From the NCBI GenBank assembly GCA_963806855.1, contig CAWDYW010000003.1:448001-512000 (forward strand): a DNA stretch of 64,000 nucleotides, in the 5' to 3' direction. Shown in pieces: positions 17,990-28,116 of the stretch; positions within the stretch are counted from its first letter, which is position 1; every line of letters starts with the position of its first letter. The position numbers were made by a program, and so were the translations under genes. This DNA is from an uncultured Verrucomicrobiae bacterium. Its GTDB lineage: Bacteria; Chlamydiota; Chlamydiia; Chlamydiales; Rhabdochlamydiaceae. Under the pieces are notes generated by a model. That model was given only the letters and a program-made list of their open reading frames with translations. It was not told the origin of the DNA and did not search any database.

Positions 17990-19546
17990 TTAGGACTTGG
18001 CTTCAGCAGGCACAGGTTGTGGGCTTGCTGGGGCTTTGACTTCAGATTCGCGCTGGGCTGTGAGCGTAACGAACTGCTTGTTGAGCGCTCGTGCTGCTAC
18101 TATCCAGCCGCCGAGGATGAAGACCATCACAACTGCGACGTATGGTGCAATCAGGGCGACTGATCCTGCGATCATGATCATCCCTTGGTTGACTAGAGCA
18201 CCACCAGCTTTTCCGAAGCGGGCTCCCACGACGTCGATCGCTGCTTTCCCTTTAACCTTAGATTCTTGGTCAAGTGGGATGTAGGCCATCTCTTTGGTCG
18301 GATCGAACAAGGAGTACTTGGTCGCCTTACTCGCAATGTTTTGCGCTGTTCCGAAGACCACCGCAAGCATGAGGGGTGTTGTTCCAAGTGTGGCGATGAT
18401 TCCACCGAGCTGATCTCTGAAGATGACGAACGCGAAGAAGGCTACCCCAGTGACGAGGAGCACAACAGGCGTTGCCAATGCGGCTTTGCCCCATCCGAAT
18501 CTGCGGATGACGTTACCACCAACGAAGAGCATCATCAATAGGGTAAGGACCGCAGTGAATTGGGAGAATGCTCCCATGAAGCCTGCGTACTCAGTTGGGT
18601 TGGGGTATTGGAGTTTCAATTGGTTTTTCCAGGTGACTTCAACCAGCTGGATGCTGATTCCGTAACCGATTACGAGGATGGCCAAGCAAAGGAGGTATTT
18701 GGATTTGAGCAGGTAAGCAAAGCTCTCTTTAAGAGGCATTTTGGGCTTCTCTTTGCTTTTCTTCACGTCGCTTGCTTCGTAGAAACGGGTATCGGTGAGA
18801 ATGTACTTATTGACCCACCAATAGACTCCCATCACCATGACACCTGCGGCTAAAACGATCATTGTGAGCGAATTCAGCGTAAGGGAAAATCCATCGACTC
18901 CAACTGGAGCGCTGCTTCCAACTTTAGAGAAATATTTAATGAGTTCTCCAGAAGGGAGCATCGCTAAGTTAGCGCCGATTCCGAACATTGCATAGAAACG
19001 CTTTGACTCAGAAACACGAGTAATATCGTTGGCAAAGCCCCAGAACAGGAGGGAAAGGGCCATACTACCCCACAGCTCAGACATAATATAGAACAGGCTG
19101 AATGTCCAGTTGCGGAAAATGGCGACGAGTCCACCAAATCCTTTTGGAAGGGCTGCTTGCAATTTGTCAGCAAGTTCGTTGGGGTGGAGGAAGTCGCGAG
19201 CTGGATAGAGGACAAGTGCAAAGATAGCAAAGAAGACGAGGAACGATATAATTGTTGTGTAGAACAGTTTCGTCTTGCTGAGCATATTGCTCAATTTAGC
19301 ATAAATCAACATGAATAAGATCGCGACAGGAAGCACTCCCCACACTTTCAAGAAGGGAATCGCTTCGGCGCCAGAACCTGGAGCTGTTACGATCAGCGCG
19401 TCTTTTGTGTCGCGCAAAATGGTGTAGTTAAAGTTGATGAAGAACATTAATAAAAGCATGGGGATCAGCTTTTTTAGCTCGAATGCGTGGACTGGCCATA
19501 GCATCGATCGCCACTTCCCAAACTCTTTGGTTTTGGTTTCCGACAT
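17990..19546 (-). CDS. npt1: ATP/ADP translocase (NTT/TLC family)
   Basis: ELKK, ILRDTKD, ELWG, FWGFAN, KYSLFDPTKEMAYIPL and GKAAIDV motifs. Confidence 0.95.
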   Translation of the reverse strand: MSETKTKEFGKWRSMLWPVHAFELKKLIPMLLLMFFINFNYTILRDTKDALIVTAPGSGAEAIPFLKVWGVLPVAILFMLIYAKLSNMLSKTKLFYTTIISFLVFFAIFALVLYPARDFLHPNELADKLQAALPKGFGGLVAIFRNWTFSLFYIMSELWGSMALSLLFWGFANDITRVSESKRFYAMFGIGANLAMLPSGELIKYFSKVGSSAPVGVDGFSLTLNSLTMIVLAAGVMVMGVYWWVNKYILTDTRFYEASDVKKSKEKPKMPLKESFAYLLKSKYLLCLAILVIGYGISIQLVEVTWKNQLKLQYPNPTEYAGFMGAFSQFTAVLTLLMMLFVGGNVIRRFGWGKAALATPVVLLVTGVAFFAFVIFRDQLGGIIATLGTTPLMLAVVFGTAQNIASKATKYSLFDPTKEMAYIPLDQESKVKGKAAIDVVGARFGKAGGALVNQGMIMIAGSVALIAPYVAVVMVFILGGWIVAARALNKQFVTLTAQRESEVKAPASPQPVPAEAKS

Positions 19547-19579
19547 AGATTTTCCTTTGTCTTGTTAATAGTTTATCTC

Positions 19580-19753
19580 AGAGGTAGTTGCCAAACCCAG
19601 GTTCAGTCGATTTTAGGGTTCTTTTGAGCCGATTTTCGACTCAAATTTGGGGGGTCATATGCGGGAGGCTGATATTACCCCCCCAAATTTGAGTCGAAAA
19701 TCGGCCAAAATAATCCCGAAAATCGACGAACCCTGGGTTTTGCAACTACCTCT
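19580..19753. repeat. Palindromic MITE-like element
   Basis: AGAGGTAGTTGC...GCAACTACCTCT termini; internal GCCGATTTTCGACTCAAATTTGGGGGGT arm and its complement. Confidence 0.8.
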
Positions 19754-19798
19754 CAAAATCCAAGGGGAATTATATCTCTTTCTCGATATATTTCCAAT

Positions 19799-19827
19799 CA
19801 AAAAATCCCCGCTCATAGGCGGGGATT
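19799..19827 (-). terminator. Intrinsic terminator downstream of 19844-20332
   Basis: AATCCCCGC-loop-GCGGGGATT with an A-tract on the + strand. Confidence 0.65.
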
Positions 19828-19843
19828 CAATCTAAATTTTAAT

Positions 19844-20332
19844 TTAGTTAGAGGATGGGTGCTCAACTGTCATGCAATCGACATAGCTATTCCAGAGTTC
19901 TTGTTCAACTCTGCCATGACGAATTGAGGAAATTAACTCGCGCTTAACAAGTGGTAGTGATTTTTTAGGGCTGAGCATAGAGATGGCTTCTTTATCTCCT
20001 ACAAGGCGTGCGATTTGGAGCATTCTGTCTAATTGTAAACGGGAAAAGGAAACATTATCGCGACGTTTGCGAGATCCGCGTGGGGCTCTACGCTTTGGAG
20101 CAACAGATGAAGGACGATCTGTTTTAATAATAAATTTTTCAATGAGACTTCCCAACTGTTGGGGTTCTCTGTGTTTCATCTTACGCAGGGTAAAATGGTG
20201 CATATAACCGCCGTTATCCATTGGTAAATATTTGCACAGGTCGTTTTCTTTATTTCCACCAACTTTTTTAATTGCTTTTGCAATAATATCTTCAAGCTCT
20301 TTTAAGCTTTTGCCTTTTTGTTCAACTGTCAT
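19844..20332 (-). CDS. Conserved chlamydial hypothetical protein (CT066-like position)
   Basis: ENDLCKYLP..GGYMHHFTLRKMK motif; located between npt1 and the ytg operon. Confidence 0.75.
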   Translation of the reverse strand: MTVEQKGKSLKELEDIIAKAIKKVGGNKENDLCKYLPMDNGGYMHHFTLRKMKHREPQQLGSLIEKFIIKTDRPSSVAPKRRAPRGSRKRRDNVSFSRLQLDRMLQIARLVGDKEAISMLSPKKSLPLVKRELISSIRHGRVEQELWNSYVDCMTVEHPSSN

Positions 20333-20489
20333 TTTCTTTCCTTATTTGCTATTGTTTTGAAATATGGGGATCTATATATCCCCGGTCATTGAATTAGTTC
20401 AATCATATTCTTGCCTCTGTTTTTTCTCAAGACTATTTTTTTAAAAGGGCTTGCAACTATTGAGAAAAGGGGCTAGTTTTGAACGTAAT

Positions 20490-21530
20490 ATGACTACATT
20501 AAAAGTATTGAAGGACTCAGATTCGGCGCACAATTTGAGCCGGGTCAAAACGGTTTTGGCTGTCGCAGCCGGTAAGGGGGGCGTTGGGAAGTCTTCTGTC
20601 GCGGTCAATTTGGCTTTGGCTCTCAAGAGGAAAGGATATCAGGTAGGGCTTCTCGATGCCGATGTCTATGGCCCCTCTCTGGAGCAGATGCTACCAAAGG
20701 GTTTAGAGCCATCAGATAATCCCGATAACCTTAATAAGCTCTTGCCCGGGATGACTCTCGGGATGCCGTTTATCTCGGTCGCCCATTTTAGAAGGGAGGC
20801 GTCGATTGTTCGGGCGCCGATTGCCAATCAGATTATCGGGCAGTTTCTCGATACGGTCGAATGGGGCGAGCTCGATTTTCTAATCATCGATTTCCCACCC
20901 GGAACGGGAGATATCCAGTTGACCCTCATGCAGAAAGGGCAGATTAGTGGGGCGGTGATGGTCACGACTCCTCAAATCGTGGCGACTATCGATGTACGGA
21001 AGGCAATTCAATTGTTTATTAAGATGAATATTCCGGTGCTTGGGGTGGTAGAAAATATGAGTTATTTTATTGAACCCACTTCGAAGAAGAAACTTACCCC
21101 ATTTGGCAAAGGGGGAGGGGAGGCGCTGGCTAGGGAGTTTGACGTTCCTGTACTCGGGGAGATCCCGATCGATCCGGCGGTATCTGCTGCAGGAGATCGG
21201 GGAGTTTCTTTGTTTGAGTTGGGGGGTGAGGCGGCTGAGGCTTTTGAGGCGATCGGTTCGAAAATATTAGAGATGAAGTTTGAGCAGCCTCAAATTGAGG
21301 TGGTGGCCAGTGGGCCGCACCACTTGATGGTGAAGGGGGCCAGAGTTTCTCTTCATGAGCTCCAAAAGAGATGCCCTTGCGCCCGCTGCAAAATTCAAAA
21401 AAAATGTGACGAAAATGTCTCTTTACTTGAGTTTTCTCCTGTTGGGCGTTATGCTGTAAGGTTAAGTTTTTCTTCGGGCTGTAGTCGCGGAATCTATCCG
21501 ATTACGTTGCTTAAGCAGATAGCGCAATGA
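20490..21530 (+). CDS. Mrp/NBP35 (ApbC) Fe-S carrier ATPase with C-terminal DUF971-like domain
   Basis: GKGGVGKS, DADVYGPS, DFPPGTGD and VVENMS motifs; C-terminal CPCARC...VGRYAV...GIY. Confidence 0.88.
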   Translation: MTTLKVLKDSDSAHNLSRVKTVLAVAAGKGGVGKSSVAVNLALALKRKGYQVGLLDADVYGPSLEQMLPKGLEPSDNPDNLNKLLPGMTLGMPFISVAHFRREASIVRAPIANQIIGQFLDTVEWGELDFLIIDFPPGTGDIQLTLMQKGQISGAVMVTTPQIVATIDVRKAIQLFIKMNIPVLGVVENMSYFIEPTSKKKLTPFGKGGGEALAREFDVPVLGEIPIDPAVSAAGDRGVSLFELGGEAAEAFEAIGSKILEMKFEQPQIEVVASGPHHLMVKGARVSLHELQKRCPCARCKIQKKCDENVSLLEFSPVGRYAVRLSFSSGCSRGIYPITLLKQIAQ

Positions 21531-22453
21531 TGAAATTTTTTTTTGCTTTTTTGATCCTTTTTTTCGGCTGTTCTCCCAATGCCTCTTCCACTTGGTTTAA
21601 GGATGATGGGAAGATCAAGGTTTTGTCGACGACGGCGATGATCGATGACTTGGCTCGGCAAATTGGCAAGGATCGTATTGATCATGTCACCCTGATTACA
21701 GGAGAAATTGATCCGCATAGCTATAACTTGGTCAAGGGGGATGATGAGAAGCTCTCCCAGGCGCGCATTGTGTTTGCCAATGGGCTTAATCTTGAGCATG
21801 GGGCAAGTTTGAAATATCAATTGCAACATCACCCTCATACAGTTCTGCTTGGCGATGCGATTGCGAAAAAATTGCCTGAGCGGATGATTGTGATTGGAAA
21901 GGTGACCGATCCCCATGTTTGGATGGATATCTCTCTATGGGCTGAGGGGATCGATACGATTGTCGATGCCCTTGCAGAAGAGGATCCTGAGAATCGTCAG
22001 TTTTACGAAGAGAATGGGGCGGCGCTTTACAAGACGATGATGGCAGCGCATAGACAAGTGACTGAGGAGATGGGTGAGGTGCCAGAGCTTAAGCGCCATC
22101 TTGTCACTAGTCACGATGCATTTAATTATTTCACACGAGCCTATCTTGGCGCCGATTGGGAGCAAAGATGTATCGCGCCAGAGGGGCTTGCTCCAGAAGG
22201 GCAAATCAGCAGCGCCGATATTCAGCGTGTGGTCGATTACATTTGCAAGTATCATGTCGAGGTGATTTTCCCGGAATCCAATGTGAGCCGCGATGCACTC
22301 AGGAAGATTTCGACAGCGTGCGGGCGAAAGATCCGTCTCAGCAAGCTAGCTCTCTATGGCGATGCGATGGGGGGAGTGGGATCGGGCGCCGATACGTATT
22401 TGAAAATGATCGAGCATGATGCTAGGGTGCTGAAAGAAGAATGGCAAAAATGA
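21527..22453 (+). CDS. ytgA: Metal ABC transporter substrate-binding lipoprotein
   Basis: Lipobox FFGC; DPHSY, DPHVW, HDAF and ESN motifs. Confidence 0.9.
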   Translation: MMKFFFAFLILFFGCSPNASSTWFKDDGKIKVLSTTAMIDDLARQIGKDRIDHVTLITGEIDPHSYNLVKGDDEKLSQARIVFANGLNLEHGASLKYQLQHHPHTVLLGDAIAKKLPERMIVIGKVTDPHVWMDISLWAEGIDTIVDALAEEDPENRQFYEENGAALYKTMMAAHRQVTEEMGEVPELKRHLVTSHDAFNYFTRAYLGADWEQRCIAPEGLAPEGQISSADIQRVVDYICKYHVEVIFPESNVSRDALRKISTACGRKIRLSKLALYGDAMGGVGSGADTYLKMIEHDARVLKEEWQK

Positions 22454-23184
22454 ATTGCGCTGTTAAAGTCGAAAAACTAAATGTCAACTATGACCAGACT
22501 CCAGCTATTTGGGGAATCGATTTCGAGATTCCCGAGCATAAACTAGTTGGAATTGTGGGCCCCAATGGAGCGGGAAAGAGTACGCTACTCAAAGCGCTCC
22601 TGGGCACGCTCAAACAAGAGTCAGGTTCTGTTCTCCTTTTTGGAAAACCTTACAAAATGGTTCGTAAACGTATCGCCTATGTGCCGCAGCGCACCACGGT
22701 CGATTGGCACTTTCCGATCAATGTGCTCGATGTTGTTGTGATGGGACGTTACGGGAAATTGGGGCCGCTCAAATGGGTCGGCAAAGAGGATCGCAGGGCT
22801 GCCGAAAAAGCGCTCGATCGGCTCGGCATGCTCCCTTTTGCCCATCGGCAGATCAGTGAACTTTCTGGAGGGCAGCAGCAGCGGGTTTTCCTAGCAAGGG
22901 CGCTACTTCAGGAGGCCGATCTCTATTTCATGGATGAGCCGTTTGCCGGGGTCGATATGGCGACAGAAAAAGCGGTGGTTGAATTGCTGATCTCATTGAA
23001 GGCTGAAGGGAAAACGATGCTGATTGTCCATCACGATTTGACGACAGTGAAGAGCTATTTCGATTGGCTGATTTTGCTAAATGGCTGTTTGATTGGGTGC
23101 GGTCCCGTTGAAGAGGTCTTTACTCAGCAGAATCTCGAAAAGGCCTATGGCCATTCTGCGTTCTTGCGCTTGATGAGGGGCTGA
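22441..23184 (+). CDS. ytgB: Metal ABC transporter ATPase
   Basis: GPNGAGKST, LSGGQQQR and DEPF motifs. Confidence 0.92.
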   Translation: MAKMNCAVKVEKLNVNYDQTPAIWGIDFEIPEHKLVGIVGPNGAGKSTLLKALLGTLKQESGSVLLFGKPYKMVRKRIAYVPQRTTVDWHFPINVLDVVVMGRYGKLGPLKWVGKEDRRAAEKALDRLGMLPFAHRQISELSGGQQQRVFLARALLQEADLYFMDEPFAGVDMATEKAVVELLISLKAEGKTMLIVHHDLTTVKSYFDWLILLNGCLIGCGPVEEVFTQQNLEKAYGHSAFLRLMRG

Positions 23185-24062
23185 TGCTGGAGTTTTTTAC
23201 CGATCCAGTGTTGCGCGCTCCAACCATCGGCACAATGTTGATGTGTTTTTCAGCGGGGATCATCGGCTGTTTAGTCTTTTTGCAAAAGCGCGCGCTTGTC
23301 GGTGAGGCCCTTTCGCACGCTACCTATCCAGGAGTGGTTCTCAGCGTGGTTTTTGCTGCTATTTTTCTCCCGTTTTCTGAAGATGGAGCAGCTCTGATGA
23401 TTTTGTTCGGAGCCTTTTTGAGCGGGCTACTCGGGCTGGCGGTGATTGGCCATATGGAAAAACGGCTCAAAATCAGCAGCGATGCCGCCCTCTGTTTTGT
23501 TTTGTCGATCTTCTTTGGGATCGGCGTCCTCATCGCCAGCCGCCTTCAAGTGACCCATGCTCTTTGGTTTAGGCAGATCCAGATTTTCTTGTTCGGTCAA
23601 GCGGCGACGATGATCGATGCGCATATTATCCTCTATGCGCTGCTCGCATTGATTGTCACGACAGCGATTGTTCTTCTCTTCCGCTATTTGGAGATTCTCT
23701 ACTTTGACCCGGAATTTGCCAAAGCGGTGGGGATGCGCACCTCTCTGATCAACGGATTGATCCATTGTCTGCTGGTGCTGGCGATTGTCATCGGGATGCG
23801 CAGTGTCGGCGTTGTGCTGATGTCGGGGATGTTGATCGCTCCAGCTGTTGCCGCCCGGCAATGGTCGAAGAAACTCGGTTCATTTTTCATCCTCTCGGCT
23901 GTTTTTGGGATGGTGTCGGGCTTCCTCGGCAACGCCCTTTCAGTTTTAATTCCTAAGTGGGTCGGCCAGCCTAATCTTCCACTCGCAACGGGGCCGATGA
24001 TCATTTTGGTGGCGGCCAGCTTCTGCCTGATCTCTTTCATCTTGAAAAGGAGGCGGGCATGA
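23184..24062 (+). CDS. ytgC: Metal ABC transporter permease (no C-terminal repressor domain)
   Basis: EALSHA.PG and LFGQAA motifs, multiple TM segments. Confidence 0.88.
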   Translation: MLEFFTDPVLRAPTIGTMLMCFSAGIIGCLVFLQKRALVGEALSHATYPGVVLSVVFAAIFLPFSEDGAALMILFGAFLSGLLGLAVIGHMEKRLKISSDAALCFVLSIFFGIGVLIASRLQVTHALWFRQIQIFLFGQAATMIDAHIILYALLALIVTTAIVLLFRYLEILYFDPEFAKAVGMRTSLINGLIHCLLVLAIVIGMRSVGVVLMSGMLIAPAVAARQWSKKLGSFFILSAVFGMVSGFLGNALSVLIPKWVGQPNLPLATGPMIILVAASFCLISFILKRRRA

Positions 24063-25009
24063 ATCCATACAGCGGGCTCAATTTCTTTCAATTTTTCCCA
24101 GTCTTTTTTGGACGGCTGTTTAAAATTATGAATGGAGCGGAGCTGGCATCCGATGAAATCCAAATTTTCGTCTTAGGGCTCATTTCGATCGCCGCGGCCC
24201 TGATTGGGACTCTCCTTGTCCTCAAACGGATGAGCATGCTCGCCAATTCGCTCTCCCATACCATTCTGCTCGGGATTGTCGTCGCCTATTTGCTTTTCGC
24301 TTCTCGAGCGGGAGAAGAGCTCGGGATGAATTTTTCGATTTTGATCGCCGCCGCCCTGGTAACTGGGATCCTCACCACGGTGCTCACCCAATTTTTAAAT
24401 CATGTGGTGAAGCTGCAAGAAGATGCGAGCATCGGCCTGGTTTTCACCACCCTTTTCGCTTTGGGGATCATCTTGGTTACCCTCTATACGCGCAATGCCC
24501 ATATCGGCCTCGAAGTGGTGATGGGCAATCCCGACGCTCTCCACCTCAACGATCTCAAAATTGCTTTAGGGGTCGCCCTGACCAATGTCCTCTTTATCGT
24601 CCTCTTTTTCAAAGAGTGGAAGCTCGTTTGCTTCGATCAGGGCTTGGCGGTCAGTTTGGGAGTGAGGCCTGCCCTCTACAATTATCTGCTTATGTTGCTC
24701 ACCAGTGCAACGGCGATCAGCGCGTTTCGGGCCGTCGGGGTTCTGCTGTTTTTGGCCTTTTTGGTCGGGCTCCCCCTGACAGCCCGATTGCTCACCCATA
24801 ATCTGCGGACGATGATGCTGCTCTCCTGTGGCTTCGGGCTCCTCTGCTCCCTTTTCGCCGTCGCCCTCGCCCGCCATTTCCTGACGGTCTATCGGGCGCC
24901 GCTCTCTACCGCGGGGATGGTTGTGGTGATGATCGGCCTTAGCTTTGTGGTGGCTCTTCTTTGCCGGACATTTTCAACGCAAAGACGCCAAAGCGCAAAG
25001 ACGCAATAA
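24059..25009 (+). CDS. ytgD: Metal ABC transporter permease
   Basis: MLANSLSHT.LLG and EDASIGLVFT motifs. Confidence 0.88.
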   Translation: MNPYSGLNFFQFFPVFFGRLFKIMNGAELASDEIQIFVLGLISIAAALIGTLLVLKRMSMLANSLSHTILLGIVVAYLLFASRAGEELGMNFSILIAAALVTGILTTVLTQFLNHVVKLQEDASIGLVFTTLFALGIILVTLYTRNAHIGLEVVMGNPDALHLNDLKIALGVALTNVLFIVLFFKEWKLVCFDQGLAVSLGVRPALYNYLLMLLTSATAISAFRAVGVLLFLAFLVGLPLTARLLTHNLRTMMLLSCGFGLLCSLFAVALARHFLTVYRAPLSTAGMVVVMIGLSFVVALLCRTFSTQRRQSAKTQ

Positions 25010-25055
25010 AAAAAATAATTTTTGCGTCTTTGCGCCTTTGCGTCTTTGCGTTGAA
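24973..25055. repeat. REP-like palindrome (CGCAAAGACGC family)
   Basis: TTCAACGCAAAGACGCCAAAGCGCAAAGACGCAA...TTGCGTCTTTGCGCCTTTGCGTCTTTGCGTTGAA. Confidence 0.8.
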
Positions 25056-25077
25056 CTTTAAGCAAAATTTGTACATA

Positions 25078-26223
25078 ATGGATTTGATGAAACGGATCGG
25101 AATTCTAGGAAGCACTGGATCAATAGGAAGAGGCGCTCTTCAAGTGATCCAGCACCTCAAGGATCATTTACAAGTAACTGCCTTAGCCGCAAAATCTAAT
25201 ATCGATCTGCTCGAGCAGCAGGCAAGACTCTTTCGCCCTGAAATCGTCGCTGTTTGGGATGAAGAAAAAGCGAAAGAACTGCAAAAGAGACTGCCCGGCA
25301 TGCAGGTCCTCGGCGGCTTAAATGGCGTCTGTGCCGTGGCGACCCATTCGTCGGTTGATTTGCTCCTGTCGGCTATTGCCGGTTTTGAGGGGGTATTGCC
25401 GACTCTGCGGGCCATCGAAGCGAAAAAAAATATTGCCCTGGCCAATAAAGAGGCGCTCGTTGCAGCCGGAAAGTTGGTGCTCGAGCTGGTTAAAACGCAT
25501 GGTGTCGACCTGATCCCGGTCGATAGCGAGCATACGGCGATTCTCCAATGTTTGAAGGGAGAAGAGCGGGATCAGATTCGGCGGATTATCCTGACAGCAT
25601 CTGGCGGCCCATTCCGAGATATCGCGACCGAGCGGCTGGGAAGTATCAGTGTGACCGACGCCCTCGCGCATCCCAACTATCGGATGGGGCCAAAAGTGAC
25701 GATCGACTCCTCGACGATGATGAACAAAGGACTCGAGATGATCGAGACCCACTACCTCTATGGCGTGGCAATCGATCAAATCGAAGTGGTGATCCACCCT
25801 GAGCAGGTCATTCACAGCATGGTTGAATTCAACGACCGGTCGATTATGGCGCAGATGGGTGAGCCGAATATGCTCGTCCCGATCCAAGTGGCTCTGACTC
25901 ATCCCGATCGAATGGAAGGGATCCTTAAGCCCTATGACTTCACGAAGGCCCACTCGATGCGCTTTGCTCCCTGGGATCAAGATAAATATCGGTGCTTGGG
26001 GCTGGCGTATAGCTCTCTGCGGGAAGGGGGGAGTATGCCCTGCTTCATGAATGCAGCCAATGAAGTGCTTGTCGAGCGGTTTTTGGGTAAGGAAATCGGG
26101 TGGTTGGACATCAGTCAAAAACTGCAAACCCTAATGGAAAAGCACCAGGTTGCGACTCCACAAAATTATGAAGATTTCGCTAGCATCGATCAGCTAGCAC
26201 GTCATCTTGCTAAAAGGATTTAA
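25078..26223 (+). CDS. dxr: 1-deoxy-D-xylulose 5-phosphate reductoisomerase
   Basis: LGSTGSIG, LANKE, PVDSEH, TASGGPF and NKGLE motifs. Confidence 0.96.
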   Translation: MDLMKRIGILGSTGSIGRGALQVIQHLKDHLQVTALAAKSNIDLLEQQARLFRPEIVAVWDEEKAKELQKRLPGMQVLGGLNGVCAVATHSSVDLLLSAIAGFEGVLPTLRAIEAKKNIALANKEALVAAGKLVLELVKTHGVDLIPVDSEHTAILQCLKGEERDQIRRIILTASGGPFRDIATERLGSISVTDALAHPNYRMGPKVTIDSSTMMNKGLEMIETHYLYGVAIDQIEVVIHPEQVIHSMVEFNDRSIMAQMGEPNMLVPIQVALTHPDRMEGILKPYDFTKAHSMRFAPWDQDKYRCLGLAYSSLREGGSMPCFMNAANEVLVERFLGKEIGWLDISQKLQTLMEKHQVATPQNYEDFASIDQLARHLAKRI

Positions 26224-26226
26224 AAC

Positions 26227-28116
26227 ATGATCATGAGCTTTCTCTACATTATCCTCGCCCTCTTTGGGATCGGATTCTTGGTCTTCATTCATGAACTGGG
26301 CCACTATTTTGTCGCCCGGCGGGTTGGCATCACCGTGCTGGCCTTCGCGATTGGTTTCGGAAAACCGCTTCTTGAATGGGAAAGAAAGGGGGTCAAATGG
26401 CGGATCTGCATGCTCCCTTTCGGCGGCTATGTCCAAATGGAAGGGATGGATAAGAAAGGGGCGATTGAACCTTATCAGATTCCAGGGGGATTCTTCGCTG
26501 CAAAGCCCTGGGATCGAATCAAAGTTGCCCTCGCAGGACCACTGTCGAATATCTTGTTTGCCTTCGTCGCTTTTGTGATTTTATGGGGTGTAGGAGGGCG
26601 GGAAAAGCCGTTTGCCATGTTCACCCACCATATCGGATGGGTCGAGCGCGATTCTGGCCTCTATGAAGCCAATGTGCGCGCTGGCGATGAGATTACCAAG
26701 CTTAACGGCAGACCTTACAAAGGATTTACCGATTTTCTATATGGGATTGCCCTCGACAAATCGGCGCTAACTATTGATGGTCAAGAAGTAGATTACTGGA
26801 ATGGGACCAGGCTTCCTTTCTCCTATGCATTTCCCAAAGACAAAAATATCAATGTCCTCGCTCCAGCACAGTATTTGATCGTCGCCTCTGAGGAGCTGCC
26901 TGCAGATTCACCGATGGCAAATAGCGGTGTCGCCCCTGGAGATCGGATCGTTTGGGTCGATGGAGAGCTGGTCTTTTCCCTGCCGCAGCTTGTCCAAGTG
27001 ATCAATACGCCCCGCGTGCTTCTCACTGTAGAGCGCGGTGGAGAGACCTTTTTGACTCGGGTTCCCCGCCTCATGATCGGCGATCTACGCTTAAGCACTG
27101 TAGAAAAAGAGGAACTCGACGACTGGCGCTACGAGGCCAAGCTGAGCCCAAAGGTCGAGCAACTAGCTTTCATTCCTTACAACTTAACCTCGACTGGGCT
27201 TGTCGAAGGGGCGCTCGGCTTTATCGATGAAAAGTCCAACCTTCAAGCCGCTTTTGATGGAGCAAAGCGCTCTAATATCGAAATCCCTCTGCAGCGTGGC
27301 GATAAAATCGTAGCAATTCAAGGGCAAAAAATCAGAAGCTCCTATCAACTGCTCAAAGAGTTACAGACCAAAAAATGCATGATCGTAGTCCAAAAAATGG
27401 CGGCAGAGAAAGCCCCTTTCTATACCGATGCCGATGGCAATTTTGAGGCATCTTTCGAGATTGAGCAGCTAGACAAAATTACCCGATCATTGGGGACAGA
27501 TAGCCTGGTCACTCAGATGGGAGATCTCCATTTGCTTAAGCCTGTGACTCCGACGCCGCTCCGCCAGCCAGTTGTGACGAAGAAAGCGTCAAAAGGGAAA
27601 AAAGAGGAGAGTGTCGATGAAGAGACATTCAAAGAGGGGCATCTTAATCAAATCACCTCGATCCTCCCCACTTTGCATCGCCTAGCCCTCAATATCGTAG
27701 TCAGCGACAAGAAGGTGATCTATAACCCCAACCCCTTTGAACAGTTTGGATCGGTCTTTAAAGAGACCTACCGGACCCTCTACGCCCTGGTCACGGGTTT
27801 CTTAAGCCCCAAAAATATCTCCGGACCTGTCGGAATAATCCAAGTGATGCATCAAAGCTGGATGATGGGGGCCAAAGAGGCGCTCTTTTGGCTGGGGATG
27901 ATCAGCATGAACTTGGCGGTGCTTAACCTCCTCCCTGTGCCGGTTCTCGATGGAGGCCATATTGCCTTGTCAGCCGTCGAAATGGTGACAAAAAAGCCGC
28001 TCAAGGCCAAGACCATGGAGCGGCTTATTTTGCCATTCGTCATTTTGCTGATCGGATTCTTCGTCTATCTGACCTATAATGACCTGGCTCGGCTGATTAC
28101 TAGTTGGTTCCAATGA
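26227..28116 (+). CDS. rseP: RIP metalloprotease (site-2 protease) with PDZ domains
   Basis: HELGH, PFGGYV and NLLPVPVLDGG motifs. Confidence 0.93.
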   Translation: MIMSFLYIILALFGIGFLVFIHELGHYFVARRVGITVLAFAIGFGKPLLEWERKGVKWRICMLPFGGYVQMEGMDKKGAIEPYQIPGGFFAAKPWDRIKVALAGPLSNILFAFVAFVILWGVGGREKPFAMFTHHIGWVERDSGLYEANVRAGDEITKLNGRPYKGFTDFLYGIALDKSALTIDGQEVDYWNGTRLPFSYAFPKDKNINVLAPAQYLIVASEELPADSPMANSGVAPGDRIVWVDGELVFSLPQLVQVINTPRVLLTVERGGETFLTRVPRLMIGDLRLSTVEKEELDDWRYEAKLSPKVEQLAFIPYNLTSTGLVEGALGFIDEKSNLQAAFDGAKRSNIEIPLQRGDKIVAIQGQKIRSSYQLLKELQTKKCMIVVQKMAAEKAPFYTDADGNFEASFEIEQLDKITRSLGTDSLVTQMGDLHLLKPVTPTPLRQPVVTKKASKGKKEESVDEETFKEGHLNQITSILPTLHRLALNIVVSDKKVIYNPNPFEQFGSVFKETYRTLYALVTGFLSPKNISGPVGIIQVMHQSWMMGAKEALFWLGMISMNLAVLNLLPVPVLDGGHIALSAVEMVTKKPLKAKTMERLILPFVILLIGFFVYLTYNDLARLITSWFQ

